Source: Pyrodictiaceae archaeon (GTDB taxonomy: Archaea > Thermoproteota > Thermoprotei_A > Sulfolobales > Pyrodictiaceae). From it: 64,000 nt of DNA. Shown one piece after another: positions 29,683 to 39,462 of this stretch (position 1 is the stretch's first letter; the number at the start of each line of letters is the position of its first letter). The position numbers and the translations under genes were made by a program. The notes under the pieces were generated by a model, which searched no databases, was not told the origin of the DNA, and saw only the letters and a program-made list of their open reading frames with translations. The DNA lies in the NCBI GenBank assembly GCA_027036135.1, contig JALVSY010000030.1:160001-224000 (forward strand). Reading direction: 5' to 3'.

Positions 29683-30522
29683 GTGCCTCTCTTGGAGCGT
29701 GTAAGCTTTCCTCCTCTCCCTTCAGAGAAAGCTGATATCGGAGTTATAGGTGGAAGCGGTCTCTATGATCCGGGTATACTGGAGGAGACCAAGGAGATTA
29801 AGGTATACACGCCATATGGGGAGCCTAGCGACTACATTATACTTGGTACATTAAAGGGACGGAGAGTAGCATTTTTACCGAGGCATGGTCGGGGTCACCG
29901 AATACCTCCACATAGAATCAACTATAGGGCTAATATATGGGCTTTGAAGATGCTTGGCGTTAAATGGATTATCTCGGTTTCCGCTGTGGGCTCGCTTAGA
30001 GAGGATTATAAACCAGGCGACATTGTTGTACCAGACCAGTTCATCGACATGACTAAAAAGAGAGAATATACGTTCTTTGATCAAGGTGTTGTAGCACATA
30101 TTAGTATGGCTGATCCCTTCTGCGAGCATCTAAGAAAGTACTTGATAGAGACTGCCAAGGAGCTTGGTTATAGAGTTCACGGAAAAGGAACGTATATATG
30201 TATTGAGGGACCGAGGTTCTCTACAAGAGCTGAGAGCCGGATATGGCGAGACGTATTTAAAGCAGATATAATAGGCATGACACTAGTACCTGAGGTTAAC
30301 CTTGCCTGCGAGGCTCAGCTCTGCTATGCTACGCTAGCACTAGTAACTGATTACGATGTATGGGCGGAACATCCAGTAACCGCGGAAGAAGTTGCTAGGG
30401 TAATGCAGGAGAACACCGAGAAGGCAAAAAGGATACTATATGAGCTTATACCACGCCTGCTAGAAAAACCAGACCCAGGGTTGTGTAGTTGCTGCAAATC
30501 CCTGGAAACAGCATTGCTCTAA
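29683..30522 (+). CDS. mtnP: S-methyl-5'-thioadenosine phosphorylase
   Basis: [34 protein letters not shown]. Confidence 0.95.
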   Translation: MPLLERVSFPPLPSEKADIGVIGGSGLYDPGILEETKEIKVYTPYGEPSDYIILGTLKGRRVAFLPRHGRGHRIPPHRINYRANIWALKMLGVKWIISVSAVGSLREDYKPGDIVVPDQFIDMTKKREYTFFDQGVVAHISMADPFCEHLRKYLIETAKELGYRVHGKGTYICIEGPRFSTRAESRIWRDVFKADIIGMTLVPEVNLACEAQLCYATLALVTDYDVWAEHPVTAEEVARVMQENTEKAKRILYELIPRLLEKPDPGLCSCCKSLETALL

Positions 30523-31466
30523 GAGAAATATCCCAACGAGACATAACTAGATTAGAGAATGTACTAGCTCAGCGAGTAAAGGGTATCGATGAGATATTGG
30601 CAGAACCGTATGACACAATTTATGTTTCCTTTCTTGGCGCTGGGCTAGCTCAAGCAGCCGCCGAGCTGGTTTACTGGCCTCTTCGCCAACTTAGTGAAAG
30701 GAATATCCGCTTAGTCTCTGGAGAAGAAATACTATATCATACCCTGCCATACCATGATGAACACTCGCTAGTAATATTGTTTGGAGAACCTGGTACAGAG
30801 AACCTCGTAGCTAAGACAGCGACCACAGTTAGACTAACAGGTAACAACCTCGTTTCATTTACAGCACCACTGCCAGCTACATTATCCCAGTACTTACCCG
30901 AGCATAGAGTAGAGATAAGTGAAGAACCTATATCAATTGCCTTCATAGTAGCAGCAGCGAAGCTAGTGACAATACTTGTTGACAAGTATGGCGGGATTAA
31001 GATACGTAGAAATAGAGTAAGGGATGAATATAATAATATAGCTCAGATCTACGACGACTTATTAGAGAAATATTCACAAACATTATCAAATATTACATCG
31101 AAACTAAGAAGAGAGAACACAACAATAACCATTTACTCATCCCCCACGCTAATGCCAGCTTCACACATATTCGAGTGGTGCCTCTCCCTAGAAAAATACA
31201 CTCCAAGAGTATATAACTTATCAGCTATACTATCACATATATTAATAAGTAATTCAAACCAACAAAGCAACAACATAGCACTATTTCTACTAACAGACGT
31301 CGAGACAGATATACTCCGAGAAGCCAAGTTCAAGCTAACATTTCTTCAGAGACAAAGCATAGAGACCATCGAGCTAATAATGCATACAGATCCACTAACG
31401 GCTCCGCTCTATGCATCACTTATCTTAATCAAGGCTTGTACAGAGCTAAGGAAAACGAGAAAGTAA
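30489..31466 (+). CDS. Divergent SIS-fold-like hypothetical protein
   Basis: IYVSFLGAG...AAAELVY and a second alpha/beta repeat resembling a sugar-isomerase fold; start uncertain. Confidence 0.5.
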   Translation: MLQIPGNSIALREISQRDITRLENVLAQRVKGIDEILAEPYDTIYVSFLGAGLAQAAAELVYWPLRQLSERNIRLVSGEEILYHTLPYHDEHSLVILFGEPGTENLVAKTATTVRLTGNNLVSFTAPLPATLSQYLPEHRVEISEEPISIAFIVAAAKLVTILVDKYGGIKIRRNRVRDEYNNIAQIYDDLLEKYSQTLSNITSKLRRENTTITIYSSPTLMPASHIFEWCLSLEKYTPRVYNLSAILSHILISNSNQQSNNIALFLLTDVETDILREAKFKLTFLQRQSIETIELIMHTDPLTAPLYASLILIKACTELRKTRK

Positions 31467-32366
31467 ATGGTGCTAGCTGTGCCCAAGATAGCTGTATTAC
31501 ATTACTCGCCAAAACCATCCTGGAGTTCAAGGAGGTTGTTAAAAGCTTTATCAGATAAGGGTGCAACATCAATATACATGTTATGGTCATATCTATCGTC
31601 AGAGGTAGGGCAGAGGTGCCCTGTAAAGTATCAAAACAAGTGCCTAGACGTTGACGCAATCATCGTGAGAGGCTTTGGGCAGGGGCTAACTATAGAACAA
31701 TATCAATTTAGGATAGCTGTGCTACGAGCTGCAGAGGACTCAGGAGTGCTCATAGTGAATCCTGTCGAGGGTATCATAAATGCGAGAGATAAGTTCACAA
31801 GCCTAAGGATCCTATCCTCTAAGGGTCTACCAGTACCTAGGACCATTGTTACGGAAAACCCGACTATCGCGTTACACTTTGTCGAGCAAGTAGGAGATAC
31901 AGTGATTAAACCAATAATAGGCAGTCTCGGCTTGGGCTCGTTCCGGGTAAGCGATATCGATACAGCCTATCATGTTATTAATGTCCTTCTAAGAGCTAAT
32001 CAACCCATATACCTACAAGAATACATAGAGAAAGAAAACAACATGGACTTAAGGGTATTCGTTGTAGGAGATGAGGTCGTCGCGTCAATGTATAGGCAGG
32101 CGACAAGGGGCTGGAAAACAAACATAGCCCGGGGGGCTAAACCCATACCTGCACATCCTAGGGAGGAAATTGCTAGGGCAGCTATAGAGGCGACAAAGGC
32201 ACTAAACCTACTTTATGCAGGCGTCGATATAATAGAAGCGCCTAATGAAAACTTCTACATAATAGAGGTAAATGCTTCACCGCTCTGGAAAGGACTTCAA
32301 AAGGCGACAGGAATCGATCCAGCACAATACATTGCAACAATGGTAATTGATTTAATAAAGAAATAA
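31467..32366 (+). CDS. RimK/LysX family ATP-grasp ligase
   Basis: RDKF, VIKPIIGSLGLG, LQEYI, DLRVFVVG, WKTNIARG, GVD, IEVNASP. Confidence 0.9.
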   Translation: MVLAVPKIAVLHYSPKPSWSSRRLLKALSDKGATSIYMLWSYLSSEVGQRCPVKYQNKCLDVDAIIVRGFGQGLTIEQYQFRIAVLRAAEDSGVLIVNPVEGIINARDKFTSLRILSSKGLPVPRTIVTENPTIALHFVEQVGDTVIKPIIGSLGLGSFRVSDIDTAYHVINVLLRANQPIYLQEYIEKENNMDLRVFVVGDEVVASMYRQATRGWKTNIARGAKPIPAHPREEIARAAIEATKALNLLYAGVDIIEAPNENFYIIEVNASPLWKGLQKATGIDPAQYIATMVIDLIKK

Positions 32367-32369
32367 ATA

Positions 32370-32432
32370 TGTCAGTTGTCCTGGCCCTCTGCATCTACGA
32401 TGCTATGCTGAGCCGGTGATTTTTCATCATCC
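32370..32432 (-). ncRNA. C/D-box sRNA targeting 23S rRNA
   Basis: C ATGATGA, degenerate D'/C', D CTGA; guide GGGCCAGGACA pairs with 23S 58735-58745 (11 nt); ATCACCGG pairs with 57524-57531. Confidence 0.8.
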
Positions 32433-32473
32433 ATGCACGAATATCCTCTTAACCATATAACCTATATTTCGCG

Positions 32474-33220
32474 CTATATAGCTTTTGGAGCCAAGAGATA
32501 CGTTACATTACCGCCAGCGGGCAGCTTGAATTGAAGCCGTAAAGGCATATCCGGCGAGAACTCTACTACTATTGTATCAGCGACCTTTGTTAGAGAGAGC
32601 ACATGCTTCAGATAGTCTATGCTATAAGCCGACTTACCTGTCTCCTCTACATTAAACTCCACTACCGCAGGGGAGTCACTTCTAACCTTTGTCTCAGCAA
32701 CAGCTGTGCCAACACCTCTTATGATGAGTGTTGACTCGTCGGGGGCCTCTAGCTCAACCGTGTCCCCTACAGCTTCAGCATCACGTAGGGCGTTCTTGAA
32801 GGGGTCAACTATCATCGCAACACGTATCTTAAACTCAAGCTGTGCCTCAGGGATCTCGGGAACGGGTATCTCTAGATTATTTATCCTATATCTTTTCACT
32901 ACTGCACCGACTATAGACCATGTAACCTTGTCCTCGGTAACCTCTATGTCCAGTTTATCCCCTTTCTTACCCCTTTTAACAAGTTTAGCGACATTAGCTA
33001 CATTAAACCCTAGCTTTACCTCATCTTCAACTTCATACTCTATGAAGCTTTCTGGCGGAAGCTCTATTGTTATGAGTGCCACGTGTGCTGGGTCTATAGC
33101 TACCGCTTTGACCCCTTCATTCGTAATAGTCATGTTAACCTCATCAACTATTTTCGATAACGAGTCAAGTATGTTGTAGAATGACTTAGCATCCGGGAAT
33201 GATAGCCTGGCTTTACCCAT
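32474..33220 (-). CDS. pcn: DNA polymerase sliding clamp PCNA (one crenarchaeal paralog)
   Basis: AIDPAHVALI, SAYSIDYL, MPLRL, YLLAPK; start ATG 33220. Confidence 0.95.
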   Translation of the reverse strand: MGKARLSFPDAKSFYNILDSLSKIVDEVNMTITNEGVKAVAIDPAHVALITIELPPESFIEYEVEDEVKLGFNVANVAKLVKRGKKGDKLDIEVTEDKVTWSIVGAVVKRYRINNLEIPVPEIPEAQLEFKIRVAMIVDPFKNALRDAEAVGDTVELEAPDESTLIIRGVGTAVAETKVRSDSPAVVEFNVEETGKSAYSIDYLKHVLSLTKVADTIVVEFSPDMPLRLQFKLPAGGNVTYLLAPKAI

Positions 33221-33378
33221 TCCTGTCCCCCCTCTACTAGTTAGCTCGGGGAAAGGGTATAAGAGTGAGGGGAGAAAGACTAGGGGCTTAACTTGGGTAG
33301 AATTATCTACATTGAGCAAAAACCAGCTCCTAATACGAGAGAACCATGTGCTCTAACCCACAGTTGCAGGGATGAGTA

Positions 33379-34284
33379 TTGGCTCAGCTCACCAATAAGA
33401 ACAGCATAAAGGCCTATGCCGAGCTACTGGAGAGGTGGCGACAACTAAAGACGAGAATAGACGCTGCCATCGAAGATAGGCTGAAGGAGCTTCCTGAAGC
33501 CGAGGCTATTAGTGTGGCAAAGTACATCGCTCTAGGGGGTAAGCGTCTGCGTGGGTTCCTGGTAGTAGAGTTTGCCTCCTCGCTTGGAGCAGACGAGGAC
33601 GATGCCTTGGACGCAGCTGTAGCTGTCGAGCTGGTTCATGCAGCCAGCCTAGCCCTCGACGATATAATAGATGAGGATATTGTTCGAAGAGGGAAAAAAG
33701 CTGCATGGGTTAGTTTTGGTATAAAGAAGGCTGTCATGGTATCTAATATTCTTATCCCTTTTGCCCAGAACATAGTGTACCAGAGATACGGCTCGCTTGC
33801 GCTACTGCGTACTGTTGCAGCCTGGCTTGACATATCCAGAGGAGAGGTTATTGATGCATTCTATGATGCGGATAGCATAGACCCCTTGCTCTACATAGAG
33901 ATGGTTAGGCTCAAGACAGGAGCCCTCTTTAGACTATCCGCCGAGCTAGGAGCAATTGTAGCTAAGGCATACGACATTATAGACTCCGTATCAGAGATAG
34001 GCGAGAACATCGGAATAATGTATCAAGTAGCCGACGATATAAGGGACAGCAATGACCCCGTGAAGAGAAACGAGCCAGGACTAAGACTCTTCCGCCGCTG
34101 GCTAAACGGCAAAGGCCCCGAGAAAGCGTTGTCATTCATAAAGAGTATGCTCATGCGCACGCACATATTGCTTGATAAAACGTTTGGCAAGAGAAGCTCA
34201 GCTATAAGGATGCTTCCCGAGCTAATTGTTAACGCGATGTTAGGGAACATTGATGCTGATGCTATAAGCTCAAACCTGGGCTGA
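33379..34284 (+). CDS. Polyprenyl diphosphate synthase
   Basis: GGKRLR, ELVHAASLALDDIIDEDIVRRG, KTG, YQVADDIRD. Confidence 0.9.
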   Translation: MAQLTNKNSIKAYAELLERWRQLKTRIDAAIEDRLKELPEAEAISVAKYIALGGKRLRGFLVVEFASSLGADEDDALDAAVAVELVHAASLALDDIIDEDIVRRGKKAAWVSFGIKKAVMVSNILIPFAQNIVYQRYGSLALLRTVAAWLDISRGEVIDAFYDADSIDPLLYIEMVRLKTGALFRLSAELGAIVAKAYDIIDSVSEIGENIGIMYQVADDIRDSNDPVKRNEPGLRLFRRWLNGKGPEKALSFIKSMLMRTHILLDKTFGKRSSAIRMLPELIVNAMLGNIDADAISSNLG

Positions 34285-34320
34285 TGCCAATAATTTCTCT
34301 CCTATGGGGGCTGGGCCTAC

Positions 34321-35385
34321 ATGTCTGGTCATGATTTCATAGTTATAGGGGCGGGGCCTGCTGGGGCAGCCTTTACTTATTATGCTTCTAGTAGAGGTTA
34401 CCGTGTCAGAGTCTATGACCTACATGCGCCTGGTTCTAAACCATGTGGATGGGCTGTACCGCTTCAGATAAAGAAATACATTAATATACCGAGAGAATAT
34501 ATCCTTACAGAGATAAGAGGCTTTAGAATATTCCTTGACGAGAAAATGGTTAGAGAGGAAAGAGGAGAACTATGGGGCTATATAGTTGATAAACCAGGGC
34601 TTCTGAACTACCTAATAGAGTCAGCCGAGTTAGTAAAAAAGCCTATAATATTGAACCGATCATCGCTGAGGCCGCTAAGAAAAGACGACTACAGGGATCC
34701 TCGTTCCACTATTATCGCTGTAGGGAGCATTGGTGCGCCGAGACTAGGCACCGATTACATAAACGCTGTACAACAAATAGTTAAAGTAAAAAGATCCATC
34801 GATACAGATATCATAGAGATATGGTTTGATAGCAGCCTCGTTGGCTACTACTGGGTCTTCCCGCGAGACACACATGTAGCAGATATCGGTGTAGGAGGTT
34901 ATGGTTCCTTCGAGGAGTTTAAGAAAAGACTAGTAATTTTTGTGAAGAAGCGCTTCAGGGACTCAGAGTCATTATCTCCTATAAAAGGCGCGAGAATAAA
35001 CGTAGGCGGTGTAAATGTCTCGCTCTTTGTCCGAGACGAGTTCCCAGTAATAGGCGAAGCAGCCGGATTCGTATACCCTATAACTGGTGAAGGAATAAGA
35101 CCAAGCATTGCTTCTGCATTCGCGCTCTTTAACAAGATGGAGAAAGGCACTGATCCTTTAAAGACAATTAATAATGTAATTACCTGGATTAATAGGCAGA
35201 GAAAGCTCTTACAGAAAATTATTGAGAGCAGACCTAGTACTCGCGCAGCGGTACTAGAGTCACTGCCAACTAGTTTATTTACATCAATAGGACTTGGCGA
35301 ACTTGATCTCAAGTCGGCTGTAAAGCTATTACTATCTCTTCCGCGTGGAGCAGTAAAGGTCTTACAAGTACTATTAAGGGACTAA
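34321..35385 (+). CDS. Geranylgeranyl reductase family FAD-dependent oxidoreductase
   Basis: GAGPAG, KPCG, GYYWVFP, GEAAGFVYPITGEGI. Confidence 0.85.
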   Translation: MSGHDFIVIGAGPAGAAFTYYASSRGYRVRVYDLHAPGSKPCGWAVPLQIKKYINIPREYILTEIRGFRIFLDEKMVREERGELWGYIVDKPGLLNYLIESAELVKKPIILNRSSLRPLRKDDYRDPRSTIIAVGSIGAPRLGTDYINAVQQIVKVKRSIDTDIIEIWFDSSLVGYYWVFPRDTHVADIGVGGYGSFEEFKKRLVIFVKKRFRDSESLSPIKGARINVGGVNVSLFVRDEFPVIGEAAGFVYPITGEGIRPSIASAFALFNKMEKGTDPLKTINNVITWINRQRKLLQKIIESRPSTRAAVLESLPTSLFTSIGLGELDLKSAVKLLLSLPRGAVKVLQVLLRD

Positions 35386-35389
35386 CATA

Positions 35390-35456
35390 ACTCAGTGAGA
35401 GAGCTCGTCCTCACCCCGGGGCCATGCCCGGTCGGATGGTTTGCTATTCATCACTA
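35390..35456 (-). ncRNA. C/D-box sRNA (cluster unit 1), 23S-targeting
   Basis: C GTGATGA, D' CCGA, C' GTGAGGA, D CTGA; TAGCAAACC pairs with 59232-59240, GAGCTCTC with 59211-59218. Confidence 0.85.
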
Positions 35457-35466
35457 TCCCTGGCTT

Positions 35467-35526
35467 AGATGAAGAGGGTTATCGGTCAACTGAGTAGCTA
35501 CGTGATGAAGCTGGACCCGCTTGATA
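35467..35526 (+). ncRNA. C/D-box sRNA (cluster unit 2)
   Basis: C ATGAAGA, D' CTGA, C' GTGATGA, D TTGA; GTTATCGGTC ~ 23S 57075-57084 and GCTGGACCCG ~ 59106-59115 (one G-U each). Confidence 0.75.
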
Positions 35527-35544
35527 CATTTCGGCCACGTTGTG

Positions 35545-35610
35545 CCTCAGAGGAGCCAGGGGATATTTCATCGCATCTATAGCTCATTGACGTCCGACGG
35601 GTCTTCATCG
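35545..35610 (-). ncRNA. C/D-box sRNA (cluster unit 3)
   Basis: C ATGAAGA, D' ATGA, C' GCGATGA, D CTGA; guide matches to rRNA are imperfect. Confidence 0.65.
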
Positions 35611-35670
35611 GCTGAGTAGTTCCATAACTGATATCATTATCTACGTCGGTAAATCGACCCTTCTTCATCC
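35611..35670 (-). ncRNA. C/D-box sRNA (cluster unit 4, degenerate D box)
   Basis: C ATGAAGA, guide GGGTCGAT pairs with 23S 59221-59228, D' CCGA, C' ATAATGA, D unclear. Confidence 0.55.
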
Positions 35671-35734
35671 ACCCCTTGCAGAGAAGGCAGGGGGTGTACG
35701 TTTATGTCGGCCTCCTCACACTGTTCCGGGATAA

Positions 35735-36478
35735 TTATCTAAGGCCCAGTATCTGTTCTATAAACTCTCTTAGTGCATCACGGCCCTTTGCGTAATATAT
35801 CTTCGCGTACTCGAAGATAGGGAGCCTTTTTAGTGCCTCATTGAACACTTTTATGGCTTTTGTATCAGGGATTTCCAGCTCTATGTCGAGACACACTCTC
35901 CATATAATATCCTGTATCTTTGCTATCATTTCCGAGTCTGTTGAATCGGCTTGGTGAACTATCTGTGACTCGATCATTGTGAAAGGAACAGTGCCGTGAA
36001 CCTCTGCTACTGCTCTAATAAGTCGCTCAGGTGCACTGCGCGACGAAAGCTCCGCTACCATGGCGAAGTCGTGGCTAAAGTACCAGTCTGAGCGAGGCCT
36101 ATATCCACCAGTTAGAGGGTCTCGCTCGTATTGATAATATTTGAATAGGTCGTGGAGTATTGCTGCTGCAATTACTATATCCCTATCAATGCTTGCCCCA
36201 TATATACCGCTATATACCTCCATTAATTTCTCGGATATCTCGGTAACGCCAAGAGTATGATCAAGTAATCCCCCAGGATACGCATGGTGCTTCTTTGGAG
36301 CAGCGGGGCTCTCTATGAAGCTTATGCGTGGCTCTACCTTAGTGAAAGTTATTACAGGGTTCTCCAGAAGCTCCTTAGTAATCTTTCTTATCTCATTGTC
36401 TCTTATTTCACTTATTTTTGATTCAAGAATGGATATTATTTTCCGTGCCCTCTCCTCTAGGGCCTCCATGTCCTCCAC
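35735..36478 (-). CDS. HD-domain hydrolase (YhaM-like)
   Basis: PAAPKKHHAYPGGLLDHT, AAILHDLFK, HG, IVHQAD. Confidence 0.85.
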   Translation of the reverse strand: MEDMEALEERARKIISILESKISEIRDNEIRKITKELLENPVITFTKVEPRISFIESPAAPKKHHAYPGGLLDHTLGVTEISEKLMEVYSGIYGASIDRDIVIAAAILHDLFKYYQYERDPLTGGYRPRSDWYFSHDFAMVAELSSRSAPERLIRAVAEVHGTVPFTMIESQIVHQADSTDSEMIAKIQDIIWRVCLDIELEIPDTKAIKVFNEALKRLPIFEYAKIYYAKGRDALREFIEQILGLR

Positions 36479-36568
36479 CCATTACGCAATCATGATTGGT
36501 TTATAGGGTTCCTAGTAGTTCTTGATTCCTCGTTGTCGTGTGTTAATATAGGTTTGTGGAGAAGGGTG

Positions 36569-36631
36569 GCTCAGAGCTGGTGTCCATCATCAGTACTCAA
36601 GGGCTCTCAGCAATACCAGCCCTCTTCATAG
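36569..36631 (-). ncRNA. C/D-box sRNA targeting the 16S 530-loop region
   Basis: C ATGAAGA, D' CTGA, C' CTGATGA, D CTGA; GGGCTGGTATT pairs with 55398-55408, GACACCAG with 55378-55385. Confidence 0.9.
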
Positions 36632-36719
36632 CCATGAGGTACTATTTGTTATTCAACTCATTAATAGAGCTTACCGCTAGGAGGGAAAGTGGCACTAATG
36701 AGAAAGGCAGGTCATCGAT

Positions 36720-38141
36720 ATGATGTGCAAGCATAACGAGATAGAGCTAGAGGTATTAAGAAGCATAGTGCCGACAAGGGAGGATAGAGAGCTTCTCAAC
36801 ACTGTGTCGGAGAAGGCACGTTCTCTTATAAGCAAGTTCCTTGAAGAGGTTAGTATAGGCGCGCTCATAACTCTTGAGGGAAGCTATGCTAAGGATACTT
36901 GGCTACGTGGAGATGTTGACCTAGACTTATTCATACTATTACCGCGAGAGAATTGCCTCAACATAATAGAGCAGGGACTTATAGATAGGCTCGAGGAGTG
37001 GCTACGAGAAAAAGGCTACATAGTTCAGCGCAGGTATGCCCAGCACCCGTATCTACGTGTATTTTTGGACAATGTATGGGTAGAGGTTGTACCTGGTTGC
37101 CGGGTCGATGATCCTTCTAGGCCTTTGACCCCTGTTGACCGGACACCGTTTCATCGAAGATACGTGGTATCACATACGACGCCGGAGCAGAGGAACGAGA
37201 TACGATTATTGAAGTCGTTTCTGAAAGGCATAGAGGTGTATGGCGCGGAGATAGCTGTTCAGGGTTTTTCTGGCTACCTTGCAGAACTCCTAGTGATAAA
37301 GTATGGATGCTTCCGTGATCTCCTAATAGAGGCTAGTGAGAATTGGAGACCCCGGCTTGTAATAACCCTCAACGAGGTAGAGAAAGAGTATGTTAATAAG
37401 CTTAGAAAAATGTATCAAGATGCTCCACTGATAGTAGTGGATCCTGTTGATCCCGGCCGCAATGTCGCTGCTGCTTTGTCGTATAGGTCGTTTGCAACAT
37501 TTATACTAGCGGCAAGACTCTATTTGGAAAAACCGTCTATCAAGTTCTTCCACGTGAGCAGAGGGAAATATCTCATCCAAAGCCCCGGAGAAATAGTAGC
37601 AGGGACAGCTGATAGAACAGAAAACATAGTACTGGTAACGCTCTCCTCCGATGAACCAGAGCCTCCTGATAACTTCTGGGGCATTGCTCGCCGTGTAGCA
37701 CGCCTGGTAAAAAGAGTACTCGAGATAAATGATTTCAGAGTACTTGATCACAGCGTGTATGTAAATAAGGATAGCACAAGAGCACTCATAGCATTAGAGC
37801 TCGAGAAGAGAATAGTATCTAGGTATAAGCTGCACTATGGACCACCTGCATGGAACAAGGAGAATACATCCAAGTTCCTAGAGAAACACTTGGCAAGCGG
37901 CTCTATAGGGCCCTGGGTAGACGAATCAGGCAGACTCGTTGTTATCAGGAAGAGAAGGTACACTGATGCATTAGATGCTATAAGGGAGACAATAAACCAG
38001 TGGCTTCCAAGCTCGGCTCGAAAATACCGTATCAAGGTATCAATGCTTCTAGGCCTTCTAGACTCCCTTCATAGGGATGAGCTCCAATGGCTAGAGAAAT
38101 TCGTGACAAAAAGACCTCAGTGGATGAACTCATACCGATAG
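36720..38141 (+). CDS. cca: CCA-adding tRNA nucleotidyltransferase (class I)
   Basis: GSYAKDTWLRGDVDLDLF, YAQHPY, VDRTPFH, GFSGYLAELL, DPVDPGRNVAAA. Confidence 0.95.
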   Translation: MMCKHNEIELEVLRSIVPTREDRELLNTVSEKARSLISKFLEEVSIGALITLEGSYAKDTWLRGDVDLDLFILLPRENCLNIIEQGLIDRLEEWLREKGYIVQRRYAQHPYLRVFLDNVWVEVVPGCRVDDPSRPLTPVDRTPFHRRYVVSHTTPEQRNEIRLLKSFLKGIEVYGAEIAVQGFSGYLAELLVIKYGCFRDLLIEASENWRPRLVITLNEVEKEYVNKLRKMYQDAPLIVVDPVDPGRNVAAALSYRSFATFILAARLYLEKPSIKFFHVSRGKYLIQSPGEIVAGTADRTENIVLVTLSSDEPEPPDNFWGIARRVARLVKRVLEINDFRVLDHSVYVNKDSTRALIALELEKRIVSRYKLHYGPPAWNKENTSKFLEKHLASGSIGPWVDESGRLVVIRKRRYTDALDAIRETINQWLPSSARKYRIKVSMLLGLLDSLHRDELQWLEKFVTKRPQWMNSYR

Positions 38142-38857
38142 AGAGGGCAAGGGACGCGATATGTTATCCTGACCCGATGTCTGAAACCTGTGACAAGCTG
38201 ATAAAAGCCCTAGTAAGGAGCGGTATAATGTACTTCGTCAACAAGGGCCCCATAACTATAAACAGGTACAAAGTACTTGGCAAGGGCTGGGCAAGCATAG
38301 TATTCTTGGCAAGAATAGGCAACAGAGACGTGGCTGTCAAGGCCCTGAGGCCTGGCTCGCGGAGACACACACTACTCCACGAAGCCGCAATGCTCCTAGC
38401 AGCCTCAAGACTTGACATATCCCCAAGGCCTTACTACTATGACCACCTCTTCATAGCGATGCAGTACCTGGACTCAATCCCCCTAATAAACTACGCCAAA
38501 CAAGCCAACCTCTTGGAACTAAGATATGTGCTCAGAAGGTTACTAACAAAAGCCTATCTACTAGACCTCATCGGTATAAGCCACAACGAGCTAGCTAGGC
38601 CACATAACCAAGTCTTGGTAGAGAAGGGGACCAGTGAGCCCTACATAATAGACTTCGAGGCCGCAACGATATCAACAAACCCATCAAACTTAACACAGTT
38701 AGTGGGCGGCATCCTAAGAATAAGGAAGATAAGAGAAACCATAGACATAGACGTCTCCGAGATAAGAGAACTGCTACGAGGCTATAAGCTCGCAAAAAAC
38801 ACTGAACAGAGAACCGAAGTGGTGAACATCTTGATAAACAGGATCGCTCCACTCTAA
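38120..38857 (+). CDS. RIO-like Ser/Thr protein kinase (COG2112)
   Basis: LGKGWASIV, VAVK, HNEL, IIDFE; probable GTG start at 38120. Confidence 0.85.
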   Translation: MDELIPIERARDAICYPDPMSETCDKLIKALVRSGIMYFVNKGPITINRYKVLGKGWASIVFLARIGNRDVAVKALRPGSRRHTLLHEAAMLLAASRLDISPRPYYYDHLFIAMQYLDSIPLINYAKQANLLELRYVLRRLLTKAYLLDLIGISHNELARPHNQVLVEKGTSEPYIIDFEAATISTNPSNLTQLVGGILRIRKIRETIDIDVSEIRELLRGYKLAKNTEQRTEVVNILINRIAPL

Positions 38858-38899
38858 AAACGGCAAGAAATAGGGAGCGAATAAAGAGGGAACACCGAG

Positions 38900-39265
38900 A
38901 TGGTTGTTAAGGACCAAGCCACCTTATGCGAGGCTATAGAACTACTTCCAAAAAGAGCTAGGAAAACCATCATAATGATAGTACTCAATAATGGCTACGC
39001 AACAAAAGACGTAGCCGAGTTAATGGGAGTAAGCATATCAGCTGTCTCGAGATACACACATGATGAACTAGCGCCAAGCGCGTCCTCGCTATGCAGACTA
39101 CTTAGCCTAGTAGATGAGAAGACCAAGACGCAGATAATCAATTACATAGTAGAGGAGCTATGGTTAGTTCTCTCAATGCTTCTGAGAGAAACAGAGCCCT
39201 CAATCATAGAGCAAATAGCAGACGACATTGCAAGAATAATAGTGAAGAAGACCGAGACTAGGTAG
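38900..39265 (+). CDS. XRE-type HTH protein
   Basis: KDVAELMGVSISAVSRY...APS. Confidence 0.8.
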   Translation: MVVKDQATLCEAIELLPKRARKTIIMIVLNNGYATKDVAELMGVSISAVSRYTHDELAPSASSLCRLLSLVDEKTKTQIINYIVEELWLVLSMLLRETEPSIIEQIADDIARIIVKKTETR

Positions 39266-39277
39266 CATATAAGTTAT

Positions 39278-39365
39278 TGGTGCGGGGGGTGGGATTTGAA
39301 CCCACGCAGGCCTACGCCAGCGGGTCCTAAGCCCGCCCCCTTTGACCTGGCTCGGGCACCCCCGC
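39278..39365 (-). tRNA. tRNA-Leu(UAG), no intron, CCA encoded
   Basis: GCGGGGGTGCCCGAG...GCGGG-CTTAGGA-CCCGC...long variable arm...GTTCAAATCCCACCCCCCGCACCA. Confidence 0.97.
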
Positions 39366-39462
39366 GCCCACCGAGCAGCGGGGGATTACCCCGGGTGCTA
39401 ATGACTCTAGACTAATCCTGGGATAAATATAATTTTACCGTCATAGAGTCCTTAGTTCTTCG

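Noticed and set aside
35390-35670. Periodic motifs that could suggest a CRISPR or TIGR-like array
   Set aside because: No identical repeats, mixed orientation and rRNA-complementary guides indicate C/D sRNAs; no associated nuclease or stand-alone Nop-domain effector is adjacent
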